A stretch of DNA of 20,000 nt from an uncultured virus (IMG/VR IMGVR_UViG_3300029448_000002) (taxonomy: Duplodnaviria; Heunggongvirae; Uroviricota; Caudoviricetes): IMG/VR virus record IMGVR_UViG_3300029448_000002; one strand, written 5' to 3'. Each line of letters opens with the position of its first letter. The first letter of the stretch is position 1. Position numbers and translations under genes: made by a program. Under the pieces are notes generated by a model. That model made no database searches and was not told the origin of the DNA. It worked only from the letters and a program-made list of their open reading frames with translations. This document shows, in pieces, positions 1 through 7,606 of the stretch.

Positions 1-552
1 ATTTTCCAAGGTGCATCCCCATTGTTCGGTAAACTTGAAATTCAACCAAGAGTTTTTGAAGTGGTTCGAGTCAAGAAACCATTTGGTTATCCTCTGATTC
101 AACGCGGTGTCAACACACCCGAAGGTCGGTATGGCAACGGAACAAATGAATTCTGGGAGTCGTACTACGGCACAGGATCAAAAGACGTTGATACAAGCGT
201 GCGATCAGAGTTTACGGTGAGCAAACCACTCAAGCCCGGAGACATTTTAAAAATTGACATTTCTGATCTTGTGCAAGACGCGATTGACAATCGTGACTCA
301 ATCATTCGTTTTGTTATTCGACCAAAGATGGCTGTGTATGAAAAGAGTGGTTGTGCGACAACGACAACAGGAAATACATCAGTGGCAGACGGAGGCTTCG
401 GTGTGGGCAATCATTACTTCGAGTTTGAACGAGGTGGGGACACCGTGTTGAAGCAACCATCACTGTCATTGAACATTGTTCCATCACCTACGTCAAGCGG
501 CTCAAGAAGAGCAAGACTCGCAAGGCAATACACGGTTCAATTATCTTCGTGA
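1..552 (+). CDS. C-terminal part of a probable virion-associated protein, weakly resembling DNRLRE/CBM96 beta-sandwich domains (5' truncated)
   Basis: Frame is open from base 1. Segment LKIDISDLVQDAIDNRDSIIRFVIRP and the closing QPSLSLNI recall the 'DVT-LVQ-W...G-l...P-L-i' pattern of DNRLRE-type domains. The stop overlaps the convergent exonuclease stop (541-552). Confidence 0.5.
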   Translation: MFQGASPLFGKLEIQPRVFEVVRVKKPFGYPLIQRGVNTPEGRYGNGTNEFWESYYGTGSKDVDTSVRSEFTVSKPLKPGDILKIDISDLVQDAIDNRDSIIRFVIRPKMAVYEKSGCATTTTGNTSVADGGFGVGNHYFEFERGGDTVLKQPSLSLNIVPSPTSSGSRRARLARQYTVQLSS

Positions 553-1185
553 GTTGTAGATTTCCATTGCACGCTTGAGTTCACGCACATAGTCAACAGG
601 CTTCTTGACAAAGACTTGATTCGCTCCGTCTTCGGACGAGATGAGAATCACGATCTGGTCGATCTCTTCATTCATCATCTCATTCCACATAATCGAGTAG
701 GCTGTGGCTTGGCAGAAATAGTTTGTGATATTGGATGGTGACTTGCGACGAGTAGAACCCTTGAAGTCAATGATACTCAACTTGCCATCAAACTCAGCAA
801 CACAATCCACACGCCCAGCCAGTTTCAGAGTGTGACTCCAGAGCGGGACTTCCTGCGCCCGAACGTTGTCAATACGATGCAGGCTTCGTTTCATATTTGC
901 AAACAATGTTGCTTCATTAGGAGCGAGTTCACCGACTTCTTCGTTGTTGAGGTAATTCTCACAGGCAAGGTGCAGGACATTGCCACGGTCAGTTGTACGC
1001 TTGGCTTCCACAGGATTCTCTCTTCGCCATTTTGCAAAGAAATTGGCTTTCTCAAATCCAACAACTGTTGTAACAGAGGGATAGCGGTTTTCACCGGGAG
1101 CAAGATAAAAACGACCCTCTTCAGTCTGGACGGTTTTCATTTCTTGAATATTTTTGGGTGGTTGGATATGTGTGAATTCTTTCAT
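541..1185 (-). CDS. PD-(D/E)xK (Cas4/RecB-like) exonuclease of T4-like phages
   Basis: Motifs YPSVTTVVG, GNVLH, LAGRVDC..., IIDFK and QATAY. ATG at 1185 chosen because it lies just downstream of the TTGACA/TATAAT promoter. Confidence 0.9.
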   Translation of the reverse strand: MKEFTHIQPPKNIQEMKTVQTEEGRFYLAPGENRYPSVTTVVGFEKANFFAKWRRENPVEAKRTTDRGNVLHLACENYLNNEEVGELAPNEATLFANMKRSLHRIDNVRAQEVPLWSHTLKLAGRVDCVAEFDGKLSIIDFKGSTRRKSPSNITNYFCQATAYSIMWNEMMNEEIDQIVILISSEDGANQVFVKKPVDYVRELKRAMEIYNSRR

Positions 1186-1194
1186 TACATTCAA

Positions 1195-1222
1195 ATTATA
1201 ATCACAACGGGAGGCGTGTCAA
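1195..1222 (-). promoter_or_regulatory. Consensus sigma70-type promoter for the exonuclease
   Basis: Minus strand reads TTGACA (1222-1217), 16-nt spacer, TATAAT (1200-1195), then ATG 9 nt later. Confidence 0.8.
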
Positions 1223-2077
1223 TCAAAAACTTGGTCTGGAATTTCTAAATCTATTGCCAGTCGGAAGAACATTCAGTCCACTCCTTGAGGGAGTTTTAAT
1301 GGTTCCAGAAGCACTGCCAATGTCCCATTTTCTTGCCATTAGGGCTTCGATAATTTGTCTTTGTTTGTCTAACACAGTTCCTTTTCTACAAATAAATTCA
1401 CCAATTTTCATATCACTTTTCCCCAATTCTAAGTCACCATTACAGGAGAGGTCTGTGGTAAAACTCGCCGATTTGATTTCTTCTCCATTTTTGTATGTTT
1501 TCAAAGTACCATCGGTTCGGACAAGTTCAAGGAAAGTAGTTTTATTCAATTCAAGAGCCGTGCCGCCGCTCGTTGAATATGTAACAGATGAACCAATACG
1601 AAAATCCATAAAAGTGTTTATTTGAATATCCCAAGGATTGGAGCCTGACCCAATCGCTTTTTGACAAATTGAGGTGCGAGATCCGAATTGTCCGCCAGTT
1701 TCAAGTTCATACACTATGCCGATGTAAAAATCGCCTGTGCCGATGTTGTCCATAAGGTCGCCATCCGTGAGAAGGTCGGTTGCCGCACCACGACCACTCG
1801 CTCCATCGGGGGCTAATGCAGTAAGACCATTTATGGTGGACAGGGCTGGTTGTAAGTTTGAAGTGGACTGTGCAAAATTAGCACCACCGGGGACTAAGTT
1901 CGCCCAACCGGAAACTGTGTTTGGAATGTTAAGAGGATTTTTGGTGACACCTTCTGTTGCAGAGAACCAGCCGTCAAAACCACCAATACTCATTCCCGGA
2001 ATATTACGACGGTTGATTAATCGTGAACCAAGTGCCATCGCTTGATTCATTTGCTTTTTTGCTGCTGAGGGTTTCAT
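1223..2077 (-). CDS. LamG/concanavalin-A-like domain protein, probably virion structural (fibre or decoration)
   Basis: Pattern WFSA...VSGWANL...FAQSTSNLQPAL...INGL...LKTYKNG...IGEFI...IEALMARKW is typical of phage LamG-like domains. ATG 2077 lies 1 nt after the upstream TGA. Confidence 0.65.
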   Translation of the reverse strand: MKPSAAKKQMNQAMALGSRLINRRNIPGMSIGGFDGWFSATEGVTKNPLNIPNTVSGWANLVPGGANFAQSTSNLQPALSTINGLTALAPDGASGRGAATDLLTDGDLMDNIGTGDFYIGIVYELETGGQFGSRTSICQKAIGSGSNPWDIQINTFMDFRIGSSVTYSTSGGTALELNKTTFLELVRTDGTLKTYKNGEEIKSASFTTDLSCNGDLELGKSDMKIGEFICRKGTVLDKQRQIIEALMARKWDIGSASGTIKTPSRSGLNVLPTGNRFRNSRPSF

Positions 2078-2078
2078 A

Positions 2079-2402
2079 TCAGGACGCGACGTAAGACAAT
2101 GTTGAACCTGCGGCAGAGGCACATACAAAAACTTTTGACAAGTCATCGACATCAATGAAAACTTCACCTACTAACGGATATCCATTTCCGGTGGTTACAC
2201 CCGCATCACTTCCGACAAACATTTCTGTAGATCCGGTAAGATCGGCTTTAAGTCGCACACCAGATTGCAATGGAAGTGTGTCCGAGAAGGTTGCACCCGC
2301 CAAGCCGGGATTTACTACTCCAACGCTGAACGATGGTTGTGATGTGACAACACCAAATTTTGCTCTTGTGTATGAGCCACCGTGAAATACGTCATTAGCC
2401 AT
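2079..2402 (-). CDS. Small beta-rich probable virion structural protein
   Basis: GVRLKA...MFVG...NGYPL..GEVFIDVDDLSKVFV pattern, G/S/T-rich. Start overlaps the end of the upstream gene. Confidence 0.6.
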   Translation of the reverse strand: MANDVFHGGSYTRAKFGVVTSQPSFSVGVVNPGLAGATFSDTLPLQSGVRLKADLTGSTEMFVGSDAGVTTGNGYPLVGEVFIDVDDLSKVFVCASAAGSTLSYVAS

Positions 2403-4542
2403 TTTCTTCACCCTTTCTTAAGTTATTGAGAGTTCTGTATACTTTTGCTTCTTTGATTGCACGAAGTTGTGACGCGGTGACATTTTGCATATCAACGTCC
2501 TCCATCGCTCTGATCTGATCAAGATTCACTCGCTTGAGATAGTCACGTTGTTGCTTTGGGGTAAGTTGTCGGCTTGACTTGTCACCACGCAGAGCAGAGA
2601 TTCGCCCTTGACGTTTTTTGTAAAGGTCAAAGTTGTCTTTTTCTTGACGCTTTCTCTTTTGAGCAGGAGTCTCTCGTGGACCAGACATCGCTTGACGCAA
2701 GCCCTCTTCGACTTCCTCCTCTTCATTCTTCTTCTTGCCCTTGGCTTTGTAACCACTGGCAAAAGCAGCACGCCGTTGAGCGTCACTTGCGAAACCCTCT
2801 TCAATTGATTGAACAAATTCACCATTGTGAGTCTGAATAATTTTGGCAAACTTTTTTCTTACCGCTGAGGTGTGCTTTTTGGCATCAAAAGCATAGGTAG
2901 TCATTCCTTTTCGCTTGTTGAACGTAGCACCCTCGTAACCGGGGAGTCTGGCATACATTAAGGCTCTGGTCATTCTTTCGTAGACATTTTCATCGCCCTT
3001 GACCATCACTTTGATTTTTGTTCCACGCTCTTCATCAAATTGCACATCCTCACGCATCATTTTATCAATTTTTTTGTCACCGTCGGTCGTGCTGTATTTG
3101 CCCATATACTTCTTGGCTAATTTTTTTAACTTGGAACCATAGTCAAAGTAAAGTGATATCAATTTATCTCCGTCAACGGCAAGTTGTGATGTCTGTTTGC
3201 CCTGCGACTCAAACTCATTGGCACGAAGAGCAAGACCCTGTTTCTTTGCCTGATGACCAAATGCAATTGCATCTGATCTATTGTCAAATCTGAAATTCAC
3301 AATCACTTCTTCTGCTTCATCCAGTTGCACATCTTCCTTGACCGGAATCCTTTTCTTTGCCAAATAATCGTCGCCTTGCATTACGTCAATCATCATTTGA
3401 TGTGCAACTTTTCTAACATTGTCTTTGTGTTTGGTGAGATATTTGCTGATTTGTTTGATGTCACTATCTTTGTAAAGTTTTGTACCACCATCCTTGTCAA
3501 GAAGGTCAAGCACCTCACCGACTTTCGTGCGTTTATGTTTACGCATCACCGATGCAAATTTACGTTCAATTTCTGCACTTCTCTTTTTTAGATCAGACCT
3601 ACTCGGACCAGACCCAGAGAAAGAATCAGGATCATTGATAGACATTCCAAATTCGCCATAATCCTCTCCGGGCTGTGGGAATCGGAAGTTAGTCTCATCA
3701 ATCTGCACATCCTCAAACATCTTCGCATCCTTTTCGGCTGCGGCTTTAGTTCTGTGGGGTGATCCCTGTGGAATGTGTTTTCTCAACTTACGACTGAAAA
3801 CCATCACTTGAAAGCCTTGTCTTGTTTTTACAACTTTTGGTGCTTCCAACTTGGCATCTTGTCGTGCAGCCTCAATGTCAAGATAGTCAAAATCGTCACG
3901 GCTCTCGTCAAGTTGCACATCTTCATCGAGCAACTTCGCAAACATTTTTCTGACTCTTGGTGGACTAGCGTCAATCTTGTCTTCCAACTGCCTGCCGTCC
4001 ACTTGGTGGATGTCTCCCATAGAGTGGTAAAAATCCACTAATGAGTTTGCAAGATTTGTAAAAGATTTTCTTGCCGGTCCAGACATACTCTTGATTCTGT
4101 CTTCCAGTTCGCCACTGTCAAAAGCATCACCAAGTCTCGTAGAGATTGGCTTTTTCTTTTCCTCGTCAAGTTCCTCCACACCTTCTTTGACAATTTTCAT
4201 ATCACGCAGGATGGTTCCCATATCACTTTGAGCCAAAGACACAGAACCATTGCGGTCAAAAAGTTTATACTTCATACCACGGGGGTTTTCCTTGTCCACA
4301 AGAATGATACGACCAACTTTTGATGCACCAACGACACGATGCCCACTCGTCACTTTCAGTGTGATCGGCTTGCCACCACGGGTGATTGCATTACCAAAGT
4401 CAACTTCAATCTCGCTGCCTTTTTTCAACTTATCGTAAATATCTTTTGCTTTTTTCTTATCAATAGTTTTAACTTCTTCATTCACTTTATTGAGTGGATG
4501 ATAAAAATCATTGTGATTATTTTGTGGTGGCTTAAAATACAT
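2395..4542 (-). CDS. Modular 715-aa protein with repeated EDVQ[LIF]DE linkers; putative internal head polyprotein
   Basis: Long ORF coupled by TGATG to the upstream gene, with a GAGGAG RBS. Linkers at 3031-3051, 3316-3336, 3694-3714 and 3904-3924, plus EGVEELDEE. Basic domains lie between acidic linkers. MYFKPP leader. Confidence 0.75.
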   Translation of the reverse strand: MYFKPPQNNHNDFYHPLNKVNEEVKTIDKKKAKDIYDKLKKGSEIEVDFGNAITRGGKPITLKVTSGHRVVGASKVGRIILVDKENPRGMKYKLFDRNGSVSLAQSDMGTILRDMKIVKEGVEELDEEKKKPISTRLGDAFDSGELEDRIKSMSGPARKSFTNLANSLVDFYHSMGDIHQVDGRQLEDKIDASPPRVRKMFAKLLDEDVQLDESRDDFDYLDIEAARQDAKLEAPKVVKTRQGFQVMVFSRKLRKHIPQGSPHRTKAAAEKDAKMFEDVQIDETNFRFPQPGEDYGEFGMSINDPDSFSGSGPSRSDLKKRSAEIERKFASVMRKHKRTKVGEVLDLLDKDGGTKLYKDSDIKQISKYLTKHKDNVRKVAHQMMIDVMQGDDYLAKKRIPVKEDVQLDEAEEVIVNFRFDNRSDAIAFGHQAKKQGLALRANEFESQGKQTSQLAVDGDKLISLYFDYGSKLKKLAKKYMGKYSTTDGDKKIDKMMREDVQFDEERGTKIKVMVKGDENVYERMTRALMYARLPGYEGATFNKRKGMTTYAFDAKKHTSAVRKKFAKIIQTHNGEFVQSIEEGFASDAQRRAAFASGYKAKGKKKNEEEEVEEGLRQAMSGPRETPAQKRKRQEKDNFDLYKKRQGRISALRGDKSSRQLTPKQQRDYLKRVNLDQIRAMEDVDMQNVTASQLRAIKEAKVYRTLNNLRKGEENG

Positions 4543-5654
4543 CAGTCGTTCTCCTCTGAGATATATTCATCAACGTCATAGGTTGCTGTGTTCTCCATTA
4601 CATCTTTGACTTGCAAGAACATATCCGACAAAGGATCGTAATACTTTCCTGCTTTCTTATCGTAGTAGTAAACCTGTCCAGACTTTCGGCTGCGGAATGG
4701 TCCCTCAAGACCTTCCTTTTCACGATTCGGGAAACGATCTCTGTCAATCGGAGTCACCACCCGACCACTTCGACCGACCTTTCCTTGGGCTACCATTTTG
4801 TTATAGTGTTGTTTTGCGGACATCTCATCAAGTTCTACATCCTCTTTGACCAGTTGACCAACTTTTGCACCGGGAAGTTCTCTTACTTGTTGACCAAACT
4901 TCCTCATCTTTTTAGCCTCTTTTTCTGTCATACCAGCAGCAACAATCATATTGTTTGCCACAATCGCGTGAAACTTTTGTCCGCCCAGACCAGAGACTTT
5001 AGCAGGTCGCTTGTAGACTTCGGCTTCGTCAATCTCAACGTGGTCCATCATCATTCTTTCGACATCAAACTTGCCGGGATAGTCTTTCACAATCTGGTCA
5101 ACGACTTTCTTGACGTTACCTCTGTGTCTCTTGAGCAGATTTTGAACAAGAGTGTCATCTTGTTCACCAACCTTGTAGCCTTTCGCACGCAGCATCTTGA
5201 AGACCTTCTCATTATCACTGCCTTTGTATCTCTTCATCATCCTACGATAGGCGGGCGTGCTTTCCATCAGAGCGTCGTGATTTTTCATCGCATATTCCTC
5301 TGCGTCGGATTTATTTTTAAATAATTTTACCTCATTGCCATCTTTGTCAAAAACACAGAACATATCAGGATTTTTTTTACTTCTTGAAACGTGCTTCCGA
5401 GGATCCATTTCTTTTTCTTCATTTAGTTTGCTGGCGTGTGTGTCCATAAACTTGTTCATTTCGGCATTGTCCTTGAAGGTCATTCTGTAAACACCCTTGC
5501 GAACCATAGTGCCACCAGCCTTCTTTCCCTCGGCGTCACTCTTAAAATCAAGTTCTACCGTTACGGCTTCTTGTATCGCTCGACGCTGTTCTTCAATTGA
5601 TCTGTGATAAAACGGGTTTGCTGGGTTTTTTCCAGTAGGTGGCTTAAAATACAT
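4542..5654 (-). CDS. Modular 370-aa protein with EDVELDE/DHVEIDE linkers and a C-terminal OCRE-like aromatic repeat; putative internal head polyprotein
   Basis: MYFKPP leader identical to the next gene. Linkers at 4824-4844 and 5025-5045. Contains SGQVYYYDKKAGKYYDPLSDMF. TAATG coupling with an AAGGA RBS. Confidence 0.75.
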   Translation of the reverse strand: MYFKPPTGKNPANPFYHRSIEEQRRAIQEAVTVELDFKSDAEGKKAGGTMVRKGVYRMTFKDNAEMNKFMDTHASKLNEEKEMDPRKHVSRSKKNPDMFCVFDKDGNEVKLFKNKSDAEEYAMKNHDALMESTPAYRRMMKRYKGSDNEKVFKMLRAKGYKVGEQDDTLVQNLLKRHRGNVKKVVDQIVKDYPGKFDVERMMMDHVEIDEAEVYKRPAKVSGLGGQKFHAIVANNMIVAAGMTEKEAKKMRKFGQQVRELPGAKVGQLVKEDVELDEMSAKQHYNKMVAQGKVGRSGRVVTPIDRDRFPNREKEGLEGPFRSRKSGQVYYYDKKAGKYYDPLSDMFLQVKDVMENTATYDVDEYISEEND

Positions 5655-5929
5655 TAGTTATCCTTCCGAGTTGAAAGTTCATTACGAATCCAGATGAGAT
5701 CCGTTTTAATTTCTGCGAGTTGAGTTTGAATCGTGGTTCGGAGAGCATCAGCATCTTTCATTCTTTGCTCAAGCATTGAATTTTTTTCCTCAAGAGATGA
5801 GATTCGGAATTCCATTGCTGCTGACTTAGCAGAAAAGTTCCAGATAAACACCGATAAAGTTAAAGCCCATCCAACGATAGTTGCAATGAAGGATGGGGTG
5901 ATCCATTTTGTGGTTGTGGTAGATGCCAT
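5654..5929 (-). CDS. Small membrane protein with one TM helix and a coiled coil (holin or XhlA-like architecture possible)
   Basis: Hydrophobic FIATIVGWALTLSVFIW followed by heptad-like ISSLEEKNSMLEQRM...LAEIKTDL. GGAG RBS upstream. Confidence 0.65.
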   Translation of the reverse strand: MASTTTTKWITPSFIATIVGWALTLSVFIWNFSAKSAAMEFRISSLEEKNSMLEQRMKDADALRTTIQTQLAEIKTDLIWIRNELSTRKDN

Positions 5930-5951
5930 TTATAGATTATCTCCGTGATAT

Positions 5952-5984
5952 TATGTAGTATTCTATTTCCTTGGTGTATACATA
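5952..5984. promoter_or_regulatory. Back-to-back putative late promoters (TACATA variants of T4 TATAAATA)
   Basis: ACTACATA on minus (5959-5952) upstream of ATG 5929, and TATACATA on plus (5977-5984) upstream of ATG 6003, in the gap between divergent genes. Confidence 0.5.
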
Positions 5985-6002
5985 CTTTGTCAGGATTAAA
6001 GA

Positions 6003-6230
6003 ATGAAATTGAACAAAAAACAAAACGATGCTTCACACATTGTTCGGTTAAATGAACAGAAAACTTTTAATACAAATCTTGTCGAAGAAAGACCTTCTGC
6101 GTTTGCAGACACGAATGATAGTGATATTGAAGCAACCGAAGTGGCTGATATGCTGATTCGCCAGAATCAAATCATCAACCGAGCATTACGTCGCACCTAT
6201 CGTTCACGCATCGCAAGAAAGGCAATTTAA
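6003..6230 (+). CDS. Hypothetical 75-aa protein with basic C-terminus
   Basis: AGGA upstream; TAATG coupling to the next gene. Confidence 0.65.
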   Translation: MKLNKKQNDASHIVRLNEQKTFNTNLVEERPSAFADTNDSDIEATEVADMLIRQNQIINRALRRTYRSRIARKAI

Positions 6231-7315
6231 TGTCAAAAAACGATGATGATGCTTTAAAGGATCTCTTGGATCCTAAATCGCTGTTGGAACAACTGCGAGA
6301 ATGTGAAACAAAACAATTCAAAAGTGCCATTGATCTTTTACAAGAATGTGAAGAACGACATCGAAGAAATGAAAAGAAACTTTCAAGATTAACAATTGCT
6401 GCTTCCGCTGGCGGTGCATTGGTTGGTCAAGAAGCCGTTAATGAGATCGGTCAGATTGTTGGTGTTATTGATGGTGTCGTGTCCGGTGATACCGAAGCAA
6501 TTAGCGAGGCTGCTTCTGGTATCGGTCTTGATCCTGCTGCGATGGGTATGCAGGTCGGACCCAATGGTGAAATCGTCTTTCCGGGGCTAGGAGGCTTCGG
6601 CGGCGGCTTTGGCGGTCTAGGAGGGTCAGGGTCCGGTGTTGGCTCTCAGAACGCTGAGAAAGCCACTCCGTCCACTGAGGATGAAGAGGACTCGAAGGAC
6701 GAAGACGAAAAGGGCAAAAAAGATAAAGATAAAGAAGAGGAAGCCGAAGAAGAGGAAGAAAAAGAAGAAGAAACCGAAGAGGAAGAAGAGGAGTCTGAGG
6801 AGGAAGAAGACGAAGAGGAAGAGGACGAAGAGGAAGAAGAACAAGAAGAGCAGCAAGAGGACGAACAAGAACAGGAACAAGAGCAAGATAACCCCGAACC
6901 TGATCCACCATCATCCGATCAGTCTGCAAGCATTCCAAGCATTCCCGACAACACTCAAGAAACGAATATTACAGACTATTTTGAAGAAGCCGTCGCTCTA
7001 GCGGAAACGGAGGCGATTGATGCACTTATTCAAGACACTCCCGATCTACTTGAAAACTTGCCTGCAATCCTCAGATCAAGAAAGCCTGATTCAAGTGAAG
7101 TGATTGTGGGTGATTATGACACAAACGACCCGACCCCATCTGTCGTGATTGACGAGATTGTAGAGGAAGCAGGTGAAAGCGTGGAGGTTCCAGCGTCACC
7201 ACTCGATGATCCAAATCCACCCCTTGCAGGTATTGGTATTCCAGAACCGGGAATGCTGAGTATTTTCTTTATCTTGACGTTGCTAAATCTGCGTTTGAGA
7301 TATCGCCGTTCTTGA
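6230..7315 (+). CDS. Acidic low-complexity protein with C-terminal PEP-CTERM sorting signal
   Basis: Ends IPEPGMLSIFFILTLLNLRLRYRRS (PEP motif, TM helix, Arg cluster; 7238-7315). Central poly-E/D tract, Gly-rich stretch and an internal hydrophobic segment LTIAASAGGALVG. Confidence 0.8.
   Translation: MSKNDDDALKDLLDPKSLLEQLRECETKQFKSAIDLLQECEERHRRNEKKLSRLTIAASAGGALVGQEAVNEIGQIVGVIDGVVSGDTEAISEAASGIGLDPAAMGMQVGPNGEIVFPGLGGFGGGFGGLGGSGSGVGSQNAEKATPSTEDEEDSKDEDEKGKKDKDKEEEAEEEEEKEEETEEEEEESEEEEDEEEEDEEEEEQEEQQEDEQEQEQEQDNPEPDPPSSDQSASIPSIPDNTQETNITDYFEEAVALAETEAIDALIQDTPDLLENLPAILRSRKPDSSEVIVGDYDTNDPTPSVVIDEIVEEAGESVEVPASPLDDPNPPLAGIGIPEPGMLSIFFILTLLNLRLRYRRS
6680..6890 (+). repeat. GAR-rich low-complexity tract encoding poly-Glu/Asp/Gln
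   Basis: Runs of gaagaggaagaa and gaacaagaacag within the PEP-CTERM gene. Confidence 0.8.
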
Positions 7316-7592
7316 GTTGATCCAGTTGCCTAACTAAAACTTCCCACTCTTCCGGTGTCATTGAAAAATCACCCGATGGTACAAAGGGTTTGTCGGCTTC
7401 TTCAACACGCGAAAGCACATATTGAATATTACCCTCTTCTGTTCTCTTGGGAACGAAGATTACTCTTTGTGTAGGTTTGACCTCAACTTCTGAAAAGTTT
7501 GGTAATTCGATCAACGGACCTGTAAAGAGCCGAATCAAACTACCGCCTAAAAAACCAATAACCACTGAACTTACCACACCACCTAATTGCAT
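7269..7592 (-). CDS. Small protein with N-terminal membrane anchor
   Basis: AGGAG RBS. N-terminus GGVVSSVVIGFLGGSLIRLF is hydrophobic. The 3' end overlaps the convergent PEP-CTERM gene by 47 nt. Confidence 0.6.
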   Translation of the reverse strand: MQLGGVVSSVVIGFLGGSLIRLFTGPLIELPNFSEVEVKPTQRVIFVPKRTEEGNIQYVLSRVEEADKPFVPSGDFSMTPEEWEVLVRQLDQLKNGDISNADLATSR

Positions 7593-7606
7593 AATGACTC
7601 CTAAAA

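Noticed and set aside
541..1185. Cas4 as evidence of a CRISPR system
   Set aside because: It lacks the four-Cys Fe-S cluster pattern, no cas genes or array are nearby, and it matches the stand-alone phage exonuclease type.
6396..7001. Poly-Lys/Arg and poly-Phe/Leu ORFs
   Set aside because: Alternate-frame readings of the GAR-rich poly-Glu tract.
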